A stretch of 61,311 nt of DNA, the filler included, from Sluysia triapertura (taxonomy: Eukaryota), in NCBI GenBank assembly GCA_046118255.1. It is 4 parts of 4 records of this genome, joined end to end, with 100 filler letters (N's around TTAATTAATTAA, not from the genome) between each part and the next. Parts side by side here need not be neighbours in the genome. Positions count along the whole stretch, not along the records: positions 18,912 to 33,380 come from JBJNIA010257848.1; positions 33,481 to 46,200 come from JBJNIA010086800.1; 2 more parts are not named here. The stretch is one strand, 5' to 3'. Below are positions 24,866-37,479 of this stretch, in pieces. The notes under the pieces are model-generated. The model had not been told where the DNA came from. It saw only the letters and a program-made list of their open reading frames with translations, and searched no databases. Numbering within the stretch: position 1 is the stretch's first letter; each line of letters opens with the position of its first letter. Both the position numbers and the translations under genes were made by a program.

Positions 24866-25220
24866 TGTAGGGAAATCATATAAAAATCACAAGCACACTT
24901 CATAAATAGTTAGGACATTATATAAACTACTTAACTCATTCAAAAAACAAACTTAGTCATTGTACATAATTATCGTGAACTATAGTTATTGTTGTTATAA
25001 ATCTAATCGTATTAAAATATAATAATTATTATGATTAATGTTACGTAATATGATTGTCATGATTATCATATAATAACATCACAATATGATCAATAGCATC
25101 ATATTAAAATACAATAATTACATTATTGTTATCATTATTATTCCTTTTATTTTTACAATTCATCTTCTTTTCATTCTTTGGTTTGTTTGAATTTGTATAT
25201 ATTTATGTATGTATGTTTCT
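24866..25220 (+). repeat. Family B dispersed repeat, copy 1 (solo-LTR-like)
   Basis: Collinear with 49955-50285 from tagggaaatcatat through ttgtacataatt..tgaactatagttattgtt to tgaatttgtatatattta. Starts TGTAGGG. Confidence 0.85.
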
Positions 25221-25899
25221 GATAGTCATGATAGACAATCCGATAATGATATAAATTTACTTCTGTGCCAAATTCGACATTCTTCTTGTAGTTTAGATTC
25301 TCAATAGATATTGAAAGGTATTTCTTCTGATTAAATTGTTACGCTTATAAATTTAAATTTATAGGTTATAATATCATATAAGCAGATTACGAAACTATCC
25401 ACAATTTCCATGTGACAAATTTAAAATTTTTTGTTTTTACGGAAAAGTTATTTTGAGAATGCTCGTTAACATAATTTCTTACATTTTTTATATGCTAAGA
25501 TAATTAAAAGTAATTGTATTGAAGTGATATCTAAAATAAAAAGGTAAGTTGAAGAATTTCTGAATAAACATTCTTATTAAACCCTTAATACTCGAGATTG
25601 TAAGATTTGCATAAATAATCAAAATAATCGAGATAATAATCAAGATTGAATAGGATCGAGCAATGAAAAATATTCATGTTTATGTAAGAGAAGAAATATT
25701 TCTTTAGAATTTGCGTAACTATTCGTTTTTTTATTTAATAATTTCCGTACTTAAAATAAACTAAAAGTTATCATAAATGTTGATGTATTTAGTTTGTACT
25801 TTAACGAGTACGTTATCGGTTTTATACTTTATTATATTAAATATCTTTTTCTGTTTAAATGTTTTTTGTATCTAATCAAAAAATTAAATTTTGTTGGTT

Positions 25900-26500
25900 T
25901 GGTTTTAAAATTGTTCTTTTTAAAAGGCCTTAAGCCTATCTCCTTAATTTGTTGTTTACTTAAAAGCCATAAGCCTATTTTATTAACTTGTTCAGCAGTT
26001 GTTGAAAAGTTTAATATTTTCTTAATTAGTTTTTCAGTAAACGAAAATATAAATATATTAATAAATTTGAATAATGCTAAAAGAAAAAAGCCCTCTAAAA
26101 TCCTGAAGGACCTTCTTTAAAAAAAGAGAAAGAGAATCATCGATCTGCACAGCAAGAGGGTCTGAATTCGATTCCCGGCTATGAAGTCTAACAAAAATAA
26201 TAATGTTAAAATATAATGATGCAAAATTTAAATATTATATGCTCTGTTTAAAATGTTTTGCTACAAAATGCGTTGCCGTTTATATTTATAGAATGCACGT
26301 CAACTACTTTAAGGTAAATACTCTCAGTAAATCCACAAATGCAGACTTCTCGCAAATAATTTAAAATTCCATACTATTCTAATTTTTACTCTGCTTGAAA
26401 CCTCTGAGATATTTATAAACTTTAGTTGAATTCTAGCTAGTTATTTTTTAACGTATTATTTTATCGAGTCCTATACTCGTTTCGGTTATTCGAGGTGGAA
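25900..26500 (+). repeat. Family D dispersed repeat, copy 1
   Basis: Ordered anchors AAAAGGCCTTAAGCCTA (25922), AAAAGCCCT (26086) and TCTAGCTAGTT (26432) recur at 52054, 52201 and 52523. Confidence 0.65.
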
Positions 26501-26726
26501 GTTCTTAATTTAGTACTCTCAAGCCCTAGTATTCAAGAATACTAAACAATTCAAATCACAATAATCCAAGTGTGAGTAAACAAATATATAAACAAATGTT
26601 ATATGAAATATTAAATGAAATTTTATTAATTTTTTAAATTAAATTTTTATTTAATTTGTTATTATTGCCAACCAGAAATAACAATCATATTTTGTTAATA
26701 GAATTCAATATTTTCTCCAAATAAAA

Positions 26727-26887
26727 AATGTCCTCTTTTCCAGATTGACGACCTGTGCATCGCCTTGATCTAGCCGTAGACTTTGTGCTTATTCGAATCA
26801 CAATAATATAAATGTTAGCGAATAATGTTCTCTTTTCCCGACTGATAACCAATATCGCCGTGATCTAGTCGTTGATCTTGTGCTATC
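26727..26887. repeat. Diverged ~62-bp direct duplication
   Basis: aatgt.ctcttttcc.ga.tga..atcgcc.tgatctag.cgt.ga..ttgtgct occurs twice, about 97 bp apart. Confidence 0.8.
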
Positions 26888-27114
26888 AACTTATAAATTC
26901 TTTTTTATTTTTTTTACTACATGAATTTTCTCTTGATGTATTTGTACTATTTATTTCATTAAATGCATTATACATTTTGTAACATAATGTTGATTTATTT
27001 CATTTTTCAAATTTTTATTCATTTTAATTTAAAATAATTTATTTTATTTTCAAAATAAAATTAAAATCATTAACACTGAGATTATAATGCTCTTATATTA
27101 ATTTAAAATGAGAT

Positions 27115-27460
27115 TACATAGAATTAATATAAATTTAAAATCTAGTAGCAAATAACAATCAATCTTAAATTGAATTAGTATAAATAATCATTCTAACATG
27201 AGATTCAATAAAGACAATATGAAATTAAAATTTATAAGCATCAAACCATATTATTATAGTCAACAAATCATTTTAAACTAAGAATCAATAACAGTGATAT
27301 GAAATCAAAATTTAAGAACATAAGCTCCTATTAGAATTATCTTAAAAATAATATAATATGCAAGTTAAAAATTATATTAAATTGAAATTGAATAGAACCG
27401 TAAGTAATTAAAAATTAATAACATTATGCTCGATCAAAATCAATTTAAATTACGATTTAG
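27115..27460 (+). repeat. A-rich degenerate repeat, also present at ~30180-30410
   Basis: ttaatataaatt.aaaat.tagta.caaata..taaattgaa..aaataatcatt.taa.atgagattc is shared in order. Confidence 0.65.
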
Positions 27461-28504
27461 AACAGACAAAATAATAATTTAATGACTGGAAATAATTCTT
27501 ATTAATAATATCATATGCGAACAATGTGTATTAAATTTATAATAAAAATTTATGATAGTAGAATGTATGTTTGCATATATACAATTTAAGTAATGAAGTG
27601 ATTTTAAATGTTACTTTGTCTGTAATGTAAATGAAACTAAATGATTTGTATAATAAAATCTTAATGTGCATAAAATTAATTAATAAAATAACTATTATAA
27701 ACGTATTCAGATAAGAAATAAATTACTACTGTATATCATTATTGTATTGTATATATTATTATTAATTGTACACCGACTATGTATTCGGATAAGAATTAAT
27801 TACTACCATTAATAAATTAATTACACAGTAACAAAATTTTATAAGACAGTATAAATACTGCTGTCATTTGACAAATTACTCTCAATTAATTTACAATATA
27901 AAAAGGAGCAAAATTTTTATATATTACTCATATAGAAGAATTAATTTGAAGAATTAAATTGGTATCAAAAATATAGAAGGATTAATTTTATCAGAATACA
28001 GCAGAATAATTGTTAATGTATTACTAACGATTGACATCTTATTCATGTTTTTCTTAAAAATAGTAAGTGATTTTTTACAATAAAATTAATTGTAAATTCT
28101 TTTTTAATAAATTTTATCGTATAGTTTTATTTATGATCGTTGAGGGATTTGAAGTAGAGTAACTAGTAGAACAGGTATAAGGTTAAGTTAAAATAAAAGA
28201 AAACGTTTTGAAAATTCTTATAAAGTGTATTTATGAGTTTAAGTTGAATAAAGGTTTGACAAAATGAATCAGACAGGTTTAATTCTGTAAATTTTAAAGT
28301 AAAGTTTCTTCAATAATATCGAAACACATACAAGAATTCAAATCGATAAGCTTTAAAGAATTAGAACTTTTGTTAAACACTTTTATCTCGAATAACTTAG
28401 TCGAGTATTCGGGTTCACACTTCCAGATAAGGCCAACATAATAGACAAAGCATAGACATTACTTGCAGAATTAGTTAATAGAAGAAATTTACATTAATAG
28501 ATAA

Positions 28505-28590
28505 TCGTACCTTCAGACAAATTTAAGTTGTAAAATAATGTGAAATTATTCGTACCTCCAGATAAATTTAAGTATAATATAAAGTGAAAA
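28505..28590. repeat. 45-bp tandem duplication
   Basis: tcgtacct.caga.aaatttaagt starts at 28505 and 28550. Confidence 0.8.
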
Positions 28591-29314
28591 GAAGTTTAGA
28601 TTATTACCAGAGATTAAGAGTTCATACAAACACACACAAATTTTATAATCAATTTTTACAAATTCAATTGATAAAATTATTTAATTCTTGTTGACAATTC
28701 AAAAATTTACTACTATTATAAAATTACTTATAAGTTATTCATAGGCTTGCTACAATTATTTAATTCTGGTTGACCTCATTTATGATAAACATTATTTGTG
28801 ACAATTAAATTATTTTGTGTAGTTCATAAAATTTTACTTAATTTACAATCAATTTTAATATGGCTCACAATCAGTTATTAAAATTGAAGCATTGCATAAT
28901 TCGGATTATTTGTCAGTTTAATATAATTTTTCAAGCATTCGTGAATTTAATATAACATTCAAATATTGTACAATTTTTCAAAGATTAAGTATGAGTATTA
29001 TGTTACTTTAACAGTAGTAATATGGAACAAAAAAAGTATAATATTAAAATAAAAATAATATTAAATTTAAAAAGTACTGTTAAAAGCCTAAATGTGAATG
29101 AAGACCTTTAAGGTTAATAGCTTCTATAATGGTATAAATGGATAGTGCTGAGGCATGTAGCACATACTGAACAAATTGATATTGATTTGTACTGAACTAA
29201 TTTAAAAGACATACAATAAAAATTTAAATACTTGTTAGAGAAATAAAGATTTTGTATATATTCATATTTAAATTCGGTTCCAAATGATTCAACAATTTCG
29301 GAGACATAATTCAT

Positions 29315-30006
29315 ACGTTTACATCACACACATTTCACGAAATTTGCTCAGAAATGCATGGATGGCAGTATGTACTTCACCACATTTAAAGCCCTTTCAA
29401 AAAACTAATGGTGCCATCGGTTAAAGCGGCGAAACAGACAAATCTGGCGTCACTTTCAATAATCATAATGGCGCTCTCATTCGATAATTTTATGTAACTC
29501 CGACTTAAATTTCTTATCGACACTAGTGTCGCCGTTTATGCCTATTCAGAAAGCAACACAAACACATGCCTGTTCCTCACTAGCCTCTTACAACAGTGAA
29601 CAATTGAAATTCAACTACCCCAATTCAAAATATGATTCGAATGGTATTTTATAATAGTTATAGTTCTTCCAATACCACGAACTACTGGTAAACTGCAGAA
29701 GTAAGACTTTAATAGATTTAAAATCACATAAATGTAGACCAAAAAAATATCACCGAGTATATTCTAACTTATATAGAACAGAGATATCCAGATCTATTAA
29801 AATAATTCTCAACAGATCACAAGTCTAGTTCAGTACATCTCATAATGACAATTCAAGTTAAGGTGACGAGAATTAGCACAATAATTTCTGGGTATGGAAA
29901 ACAGGGAATTATGCGACAATCTTTCTCTTCCTGGGCTGCAACTCTCCAAAAAGTAAAAAAGAAAGATGGCTAAATCATGATATGCGGTGACTACAGAATG
30001 CTATTA
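29315..30006 (+). mobile_element. Gypsy/Ty3 LTR retrotransposon remnant (CsRn1-like gag end, protease, RT start)
   Basis: The gag end reads HHTHFTKFAQKCMDG..SKN*. The -1 frame gives KLMVPSVKAA..KFLIDTSVAV (protease DTG-like motif). RT reads QGIMRQSFSSWAATLQKVKKKDG*IMICGDYRML at ~29899-30003. Confidence 0.88.
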
Positions 30007-30500
30007 ATAATAGATATTATTTTCGGTTAACATTCTTCAGTATCAACCTAATACAAATGTAAAACCTTATATCAGATCATATATACTCGTGTGAAGAAGA
30101 AATTCCATTAGGTTTAAGGTTTTGATCTCTTTAAATTATAATTAAAAAAATTATAATTATAATGGTTTTATCAACTTAAAATAAAGTTAATATAAATTCA
30201 AAATTTAGTAACAAATAGTAACCAGTTTTAAATTGAAATAAAATAATCATTTTAAAATGAGATTCTATAAAGAGAATGTAAAATCAAATTTTAAGAACAT
30301 AAAGATCATTCTAATATGAGAGTTAAAATTATATTAAATTAAAACTAACATGAAATTAAAAATTAGTAACATTATTTGCGACAAAATTAAATTAAAGATT
30401 GGGAAAAATCATATTAAATTAAGAATGAATACAAATCATACATATTAAAATTTAATAACAAGTCTACAGATTTAAATATTCAAGTTGAGAACAATAAGTA

Positions 30501-30712
30501 TCATTATTATTTGAATTTATTATCATGTTATACTAGTTCATCATTATTTGAATATATTACTAGTTCATCATCACTATTTGAATATATTACTAGTTCATCA
30601 TCATTATTTGAATATATTACTAGTTCATCATCATTATTTGAATATATTACTAGTTCATCATCATTATTTGAATTTATATTATATTACTAGTTCGTCATTA
30701 CTATTATTTGAA
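30501..30712. repeat. 30-bp minisatellite (tcattatttgaatatattactagttcatca), four near-perfect units plus degenerate flanks
   Basis: Units at 30541-30660 are directly visible. Confidence 0.95.
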
Positions 30713-31873
30713 AATTATATTACTTATTAACAAACTTTACCAACAAAATAATTATGGTATAAATTATGTATTAGTAACAAAATTTATTATTATTTTATAT
30801 ATTACTGCAATTACTATTTTATATGCTGATAATAATATAAATATATAAAATATATTAATATCACACACAAACAACAGAACACATTAGAAAATTAGAAAGA
30901 ATTTAGACGATAAAATTGAAGATTTGAAAAATTTTACGAACTGATTAACGAAATTTTGGAGATTTAGATTCCAATCATTTACTAATAAATTTTTAAATTG
31001 AACAAATATACATCATAGTCAATTGACGATTCAGGATTCCAGATTGAATGACATATATTATAATCATTTAACGATTGTTTTTAGTAAGTGATGTTTATTG
31101 TCAGCCTAAATATTAACACATTCAAATTATAATTATAAATTTCTGTATAAATAAAAGTTCTTTTAATTATTAATCTCCTTGTAACACTATAATTAAATAA
31201 AAATTCATTTATCATTATTGACATTTAGTTTTATTGTTTTTTGGTACAAATATACATACAAACTTTGTAGTCAATAAATTTTATTGAACTTGATTTTCCT
31301 TTATTTATTTTCTTGAAAGTAGAGTTCCATAAGAGACAAAATATACGTATAACGGAAAATAGCCGTCACGATTAAAATTGAATTTAATCATTCTTGTTGA
31401 ATAAATTAAATTTCATCTTAAAATTAAATTCAGGTCACCGAAACGAGTATCCAAGCTCACACGTTTAAGTAAAATAGATCTAAGACAAATATTATTTATA
31501 AAGAGTCTATACGATATATGGTAAGATAATCACTAAGAGACTTTAAACCATTGTTAACGAATAATAATTTATATAATTGAAGAAGTTTAGTCTAATGCCG
31601 AAGATTAAGAATACATCTTGATAAGAGCTAAGAATTCGTTGTGAAAATAATTCGAAACATTGAATAGTAACATTTTATAAAGTTTGCATCAAAGAGTTTA
31701 ATTGTTAGTTATAATTAGAGTAAAGTGAACATACTGATAAAGGATTAAGGATATCAGTAAGAATTCATGAATAAAGTTACATTGATTGTAAGCACATATA
31801 AACATCGATACAAGAAAGCTTTCAAAGACATTTTAAATTTAATTTCGAAAGAATAAATTTATAAATTTTACAG

Positions 31874-31940
<67 letters not shown>

Positions 31941-32273
31941 TTTCACCCCATTACTCTAAACGTTATTAAAAATTAACTTTTAATAAAATTAGCCTGCTAC
32001 AACATATTAAACTAAATACTATAAAAAAGTCACGAAAAAGATTGCTGAAATCAATGCAACATTTCAAGCTAACTGGTTATGTCAGACAAGGACGTGAACT
32101 TAAATCTGATTTATAAATCTATGATAATTTTAAATTTGAAAAGTTTAATTTCTGGCAATCTATTTATACTGTTTTTGAATTTATACTTTTTAACATCTTT
32201 TGTATGCATATTTAATATTAAAGCTCTTTTAGTCGAATACATCTAATTTTGTATTCGAATTTGTAGAGATCAA

Positions 32274-32316
<43 letters not shown>

Positions 32317-32551
32317 TTTAAAATTGATTGTTAGTAAGATAAAATAAGGTATTTATTGTTGGAACATGTTCTAATGAAAAGTTTGCAAATTTATATCTGA
32401 CTGTGAGGCACTAAATTTAAGTTTAATGATGATATAGATGCATTGAGTCTGTGTAAGAAACACATTAATGACATCAATACTGTAAAGGTTTTTATGCTTA
32501 AAGGTTTTATTATGTTATGTATTTTATTTTTAAAATTAATATTATTATTAT

Positions 32552-32649
32552 TATAAAATTTTTTAGAAAGTAAAATATAAATAAAATTATTAATTAATTA
32601 TATAAAATTTTTTAGAAAGTAAAATATAAATAAAATTATTAATTAATTA
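32552..32649. repeat. 49-bp perfect tandem duplication
   Basis: tataaaattttttagaaagtaaaatataaataaaattattaattaatta occurs twice. Confidence 0.85.
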
Positions 32650-33380
32650 TTTTATTAGAAAATAAAATATAAGATAAAATTATTAATTAAAAAAATAAAA
32701 TATAAAATTATTAATTGGGATTTGGAATAAAGAAAATTTATTAAGAAATCTAGGTAAAATTTTATTAATTATTTTTAGAAAATTAATTTGTTTAAATTAG
32801 TTAAAAAAATTAAAAATTATTCTAGAAGATAGCCATCTTGAAAAAACTTGTATAAATAAGTAAGTTTTATTGTCAGAAAATTAGAAGTAAAAATCAATTA
32901 TTTAGAAGGAGACAAAATTTTAGATTCAAAGATTTTTTAGCAGAAATTTTATTATCAGAAGACAAAGATTTTTTAGAAGAAATTTTCAAGAAGTTCTAGA
33001 AGGGAAAATCTCAAGAAATTATTTTATTCCATGTCGAAAAAGTAATTTTTTATTTTTAAGTTTCTTATATCACCTTATACAGGGATATATAAAATCAAAC
33101 TTAAATTTAATTTTAATTTTTCATCGACACCTTAATAACAGGGTCGAGTAATTTTATTTTTAAATTAACAAATAATCAACTTAGGTTGAATTAGTAAAAT
33201 CATTATCTTTATTATAATTTCGTTTTTATAGTTGTAATTATTTAATAAAAGCATTAGAGTTTTAAGGCATTTTGTTTTTTGAATTAAGTTAGATAATTAA
33301 GCAACAACTAAATAAAATAACAAAATCATTTTTATATAACAACACCTTAATAAAAGGGTTGTGTAAATATTAAAATAATT

Positions 33381-33480
33381 NNNNNNNNNNNNNNNNNNNN
33401 NNNNNNNNNNNNNNNNNNNNNNNNTTAATTAATTAANNNNNNNNNNNNNNNNNNNNNNNNNNNNNNNNNNNNNNNNNNNN
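33381..33480. other. Artificial contig spacer
   Basis: Same structure as 18812-18911. Confidence 0.97.
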
Positions 33481-33826
33481 AATAATTAAAAGGTTTTAAA
33501 GATATTTTATATTTTTTACATTTTTTACAGTCTTTACAATCCCCTACTGGCCTACAAAAACTCTTAACTTGCAACTTGATTGGCTGTACATAGCTTTTAA
33601 TAAAAATTTTCATAATGAATATCAATCTGATTGGTCGTCCAACCAAGGAGACGTATAAAAATAGTGACAAAAATAAATCTGATTGGACGATCAATAAGTA
33701 AGAACAAAAGTCAGATGATTGATATGTGGGCATTGACTGTCATTGTGAATCAATATAGTCACCACTGGTAGTGGTAGTTACGACATAATTTTATATATTT
33801 GATTATAAATGAAAATAATAACAAAA

Positions 33827-33880
<54 letters not shown>

Positions 33881-34513
33881 CCTAAAATCACATGAACTCC
33901 TTGTCTCGCAATAACCAATACGATCTTACTTTCTTTCTTTTATATTTCTGACATATTATAGTTAAGAGTAAGAAAAAAAACTTTTAAGAAAGTTGAGAAT
34001 TTATGATGTAACTTCTTAAAGACATAAGATAATGCTTTAGCTGAAGATAAGCTTGAATAATGAAAAGTTATGACTTGCTTCTTTCGAAATAAGAATCAAA
34101 TAACAGTGGATTATACCTGTACCTTAGTGTTTTGAATGAAAATAATGTTTCAAGTTGAAGGTGTATTGAAGTGTAAATATTTACAATGACTTTTGGATGC
34201 TGATTAATGTTTTTGATTTAATGATAAAAGATCGTGAAAATGTCTGTTGATTAATTTCCAATGTGATTGTGCTTGAATTGTTAATAAATGAAAAATAAAA
34301 TATTTTGAATGAATTTTTTACTGTAATTTAATTGTTTAAAATGTAATTGTGTTTTGGATGTTATGAGATTGTGTTTAGTTGATTTTAACTGCTAAAGATG
34401 TTTTTAATGGATGTAAAAAATTAATATGTTGATTTTTGAATGTGATTTGTAGAGAATCATTATTAGGGAAATAGGTTGGCCGCCATATCTCTTACTAATC
34501 TCCTAATCCAACA
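33481..34513 (-). repeat. Family A copy (minus): TGTTGG start, body, (AAT)n, weaker hairpins, three CCAAT boxes
   Basis: Homologous to both other copies as described above. ATTGG occurs at 33579, 33630 and 33682. Confidence 0.7.
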
Positions 34514-35219
34514 AGATTATTAAATTAAAAAATTAAATTAATTAAATATTTAATTAAATTAATTAATAAATATTTTAACGAGTAAAGCCTTATAGAGTGT
34601 TTTCTCTTCACATCTTCCTCTCTTTTTATTTTAATTCAAATATTTTATACTTATGTTTCATTAACGAACATAACTCATCATAATTTTTTATTTTATTTTC
34701 TAATAGTTATTTTATACGAATACTGTAGGTTATAACTCGTATATCTAACTAACTAACTTTTAACTAACCCAAACAATACGAATTTATATTACTAATATTC
34801 AATTCTTTACAATTTACAACTTTAGTATTAAATGAGTATCGCTCATAAGTTGGCTACAAAAATTTATTAAAAATAGATTAAATAATTTAAGAGATAATTA
34901 TTTACTTATTTTAAATATTTTAGTTAATGAAAATTAATTTCCAAAGTAAAATATATAAATCATATAAAGTATATAAAAAATAAAATAATACTTAAATGAA
35001 ACATATGTTCAATAATAAAGTATTGCATTTTTTAACCGCAATTAATTTTGTTTAAATTATAAATGAAATCTATATTTTATATTTTTATTGTCTCGAAAAA
35101 TCAATTATTAAACAAAATTTATGTTATATATAAATAATTGAATGATTTATACATTTATGTAGATTTTATATTTTATTGTGAATGTTTGTTAGTTGATAGA
35201 TTCATTTAATTATAATTTC

Positions 35220-35600
35220 ATGGAGAATAAAGAAAATGTTAAACCGAAAGATGATGCTCAGCGAATAGATTTTATTAAAAATATTATAGTAAATTTTCCA
35301 TCTAACGTAACTACACAACCAGTTACAATATCAAATCAAATTTCAAGTACTAGTTTTAATAGTGACCAACTAGGACATTGCGTCACGCAGTCTCAAGTGG
35401 TACGCACTTTCGAAGCAGAATCACAAGCAACTGATGATATCATTCAAATTCAATGGAAGAACCTTTATACGTTAATGCCGAACGGTATAATAGGATTTTG
35501 AAAAGACGAGAAGCTCGAGCTAAGTTAGAGGCACAAGGGTATTTACCAAAAGGAAGAAACAAGTACTTGCACGAATATGCGACGAATAGCATGATGATTT
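35220..35600 (+). pseudogene. NFYA: NF-YA (CCAAT-binding factor subunit A) defective copy
   Basis: [40 protein letters not shown] matches the NF-YA core [40 protein letters not shown]. SRHxHA..RGxGGRF is missing, and the upstream ORF (35193-35501) is in a different frame. Confidence 0.9.
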
Positions 35601-35844
35601 ACTACGTAAAGTCAAAAATGAGGCATCAACATCTGTATAATACTATTTCGTTTTATGATCAACGAAATTTGTCTTTATCACGAAGTTTGATAAATTTTGT
35701 AAAAAGTTATTAGACTTGTTTTATGTCAATTGAAACAATTTATGGATTGAGGTAAAGGATGACTAGATGGCTGTTAAAGGTAATGCCAAAGGAGAAATGC
35801 AGAATTATATTTGCTTTTAATATTAATTTCTACTACTAATAAAA

Positions 35845-36015
35845 ATGGTAGTAGTAATGATGATAATAATGATTACATATATGGTGATAACGATGATGAC
35901 TATGTATGTATTGATGATGATGATAATGAACACGATTAAGCACGTAGTTATGATGATAATAATGATGACGATTACGTATATAGCGATGATGACCATGATG
36001 ACGTCGATAGATATG
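35845..36015. repeat. Degenerate (ATG/ATA/ACG)n trinucleotide tract
   Basis: 3-nt periodicity produces poly-M/I, poly-D/N and poly-H translations. Confidence 0.85.
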
Positions 36016-37479
36016 AGATATGTGTGTGTAGTATAAATACTCACACATTAATAAAAATAATCTTAATAACAAATTAAAAAAATTTTTGAAATTGCTTCCA
36101 GTAGATTCAGATTGAATAGTTTGAATTAATTTGAAATAATAGAATATAATTCTGATGAAAATGTCTCTAATTGCAAAGACTGAATCATTTACAGTCCACA
36201 ATATGAACAATATGGACGGCCATTTAAATGAAGCTGCATTAAGTTGTTTTGAAATGATATTGAACAATAAAAACTTTTCATCACGCACCCAGAACTGAAT
36301 CAGTACCAACATTCTGCAGAATTGTTGAAATCAAATTCTAAAGACGGACATTTACGTAAACGATCAAAATATTTAGTGATGAAATTCCGAAATGTATTAA
36401 ATGAACGTGTTCATAATGTGCAATGTGCTGTGTTTATTACTAGCCCAATCTATTCAGTTTATTTTACACTATCTAATGAAATTGATATCCATGTATTCGA
36501 TGTAAATGTTAGACTTGGGCTGAATTTCAAACACCACTTGAGCAATTAGAATATCATGTTGGGTATTCTATGTATGATTATATTTTAAACTATTTAAAAC
36601 AAAATAGTAATTACGAAATTAGATAGGTATTTGTAATATTACTCTAAAGAACAGTGTTCTACTACGAGCCGGATTCGTAAACAGTTTAAGAAGACAAAGT
36701 TATTTATTTAGTAGTATTGGTAGTATATCGAGAGTGATTAAATTTTCAATTCTGTGGATGCTAAATAAATTTAAATTGTGTTATGCTCTTAATAATTATT
36801 TTAACTACGTATTACTTAAGTGTCTTAAGCACCATTTATATAATCGTAATTATTTTGAATTTTATATAAAATTTTGCAATAAATTAAAAAATAGAGCTAA
36901 TAATAATGTTTATAATAAGAATAATTCATTAATAATTAAATGCAAACATTACAGGTTTTGGAATTTTATGTCTATATTTGTTAAAAATTTTATACATTTA
37001 TATTTTACATTTTAAATGTTTCCAATGATTTTTGTAAATTTTTATTAAATGGAATTTTGTACCGTTATTTTTATGCTTTATTTGATAACGAATTTTTATT
37101 AAGGACCCTAAATCCAAGTTCTTTTAATATAATGTTGTTACAAACGATTGATTAAAGTTTTAAATAATTTGATAGATATCAAAAAAATTTAAATTTGTAA
37201 GGAGAAAAAAATTCATTCACCGAAATCCCAGAAACTAACTTCCTTATTAAAAACATCAATAAAATCAACTCCGAAACTTTTGTGGTACGTAGTAATAGAT
37301 GCGACGTAGCACTAAAGAGGAATATAATATAGAAAATAAGAAAGTGGGAAAGGAATTTGAAACGTGGAACCGTCTTCACTTTATCCATTAGTAAATAAAC
37401 ATGTAATAATGGCAGAATCACATATTTCAAAATGTGCATCTAAAATCTACCATAGTTTTTTAATTACACGGGAAACTGT

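Noticed and set aside
25794-26120. Hydrophobic F/L/I/K-rich ORFs (also 51469-51732, 36734-37015, 23870-24118 and similar)
   Set aside because: Expected by chance in ~80% AT DNA, and some overlap non-coding repeats.
30548-30730. ORF (NILLVHHHYL)n, or a CRISPR-like array
   Set aside because: It is the translation of a 30-bp minisatellite with no unique spacers.
33425-33733. 102-aa ORF with CKDCKKC
   Set aside because: It runs through Ns into the artificial linker and overlaps the CCAAT module.
35823-36312. His-rich, Met-rich and Ile-rich overlapping ORFs
   Set aside because: These are by-products of a degenerate trinucleotide tract.
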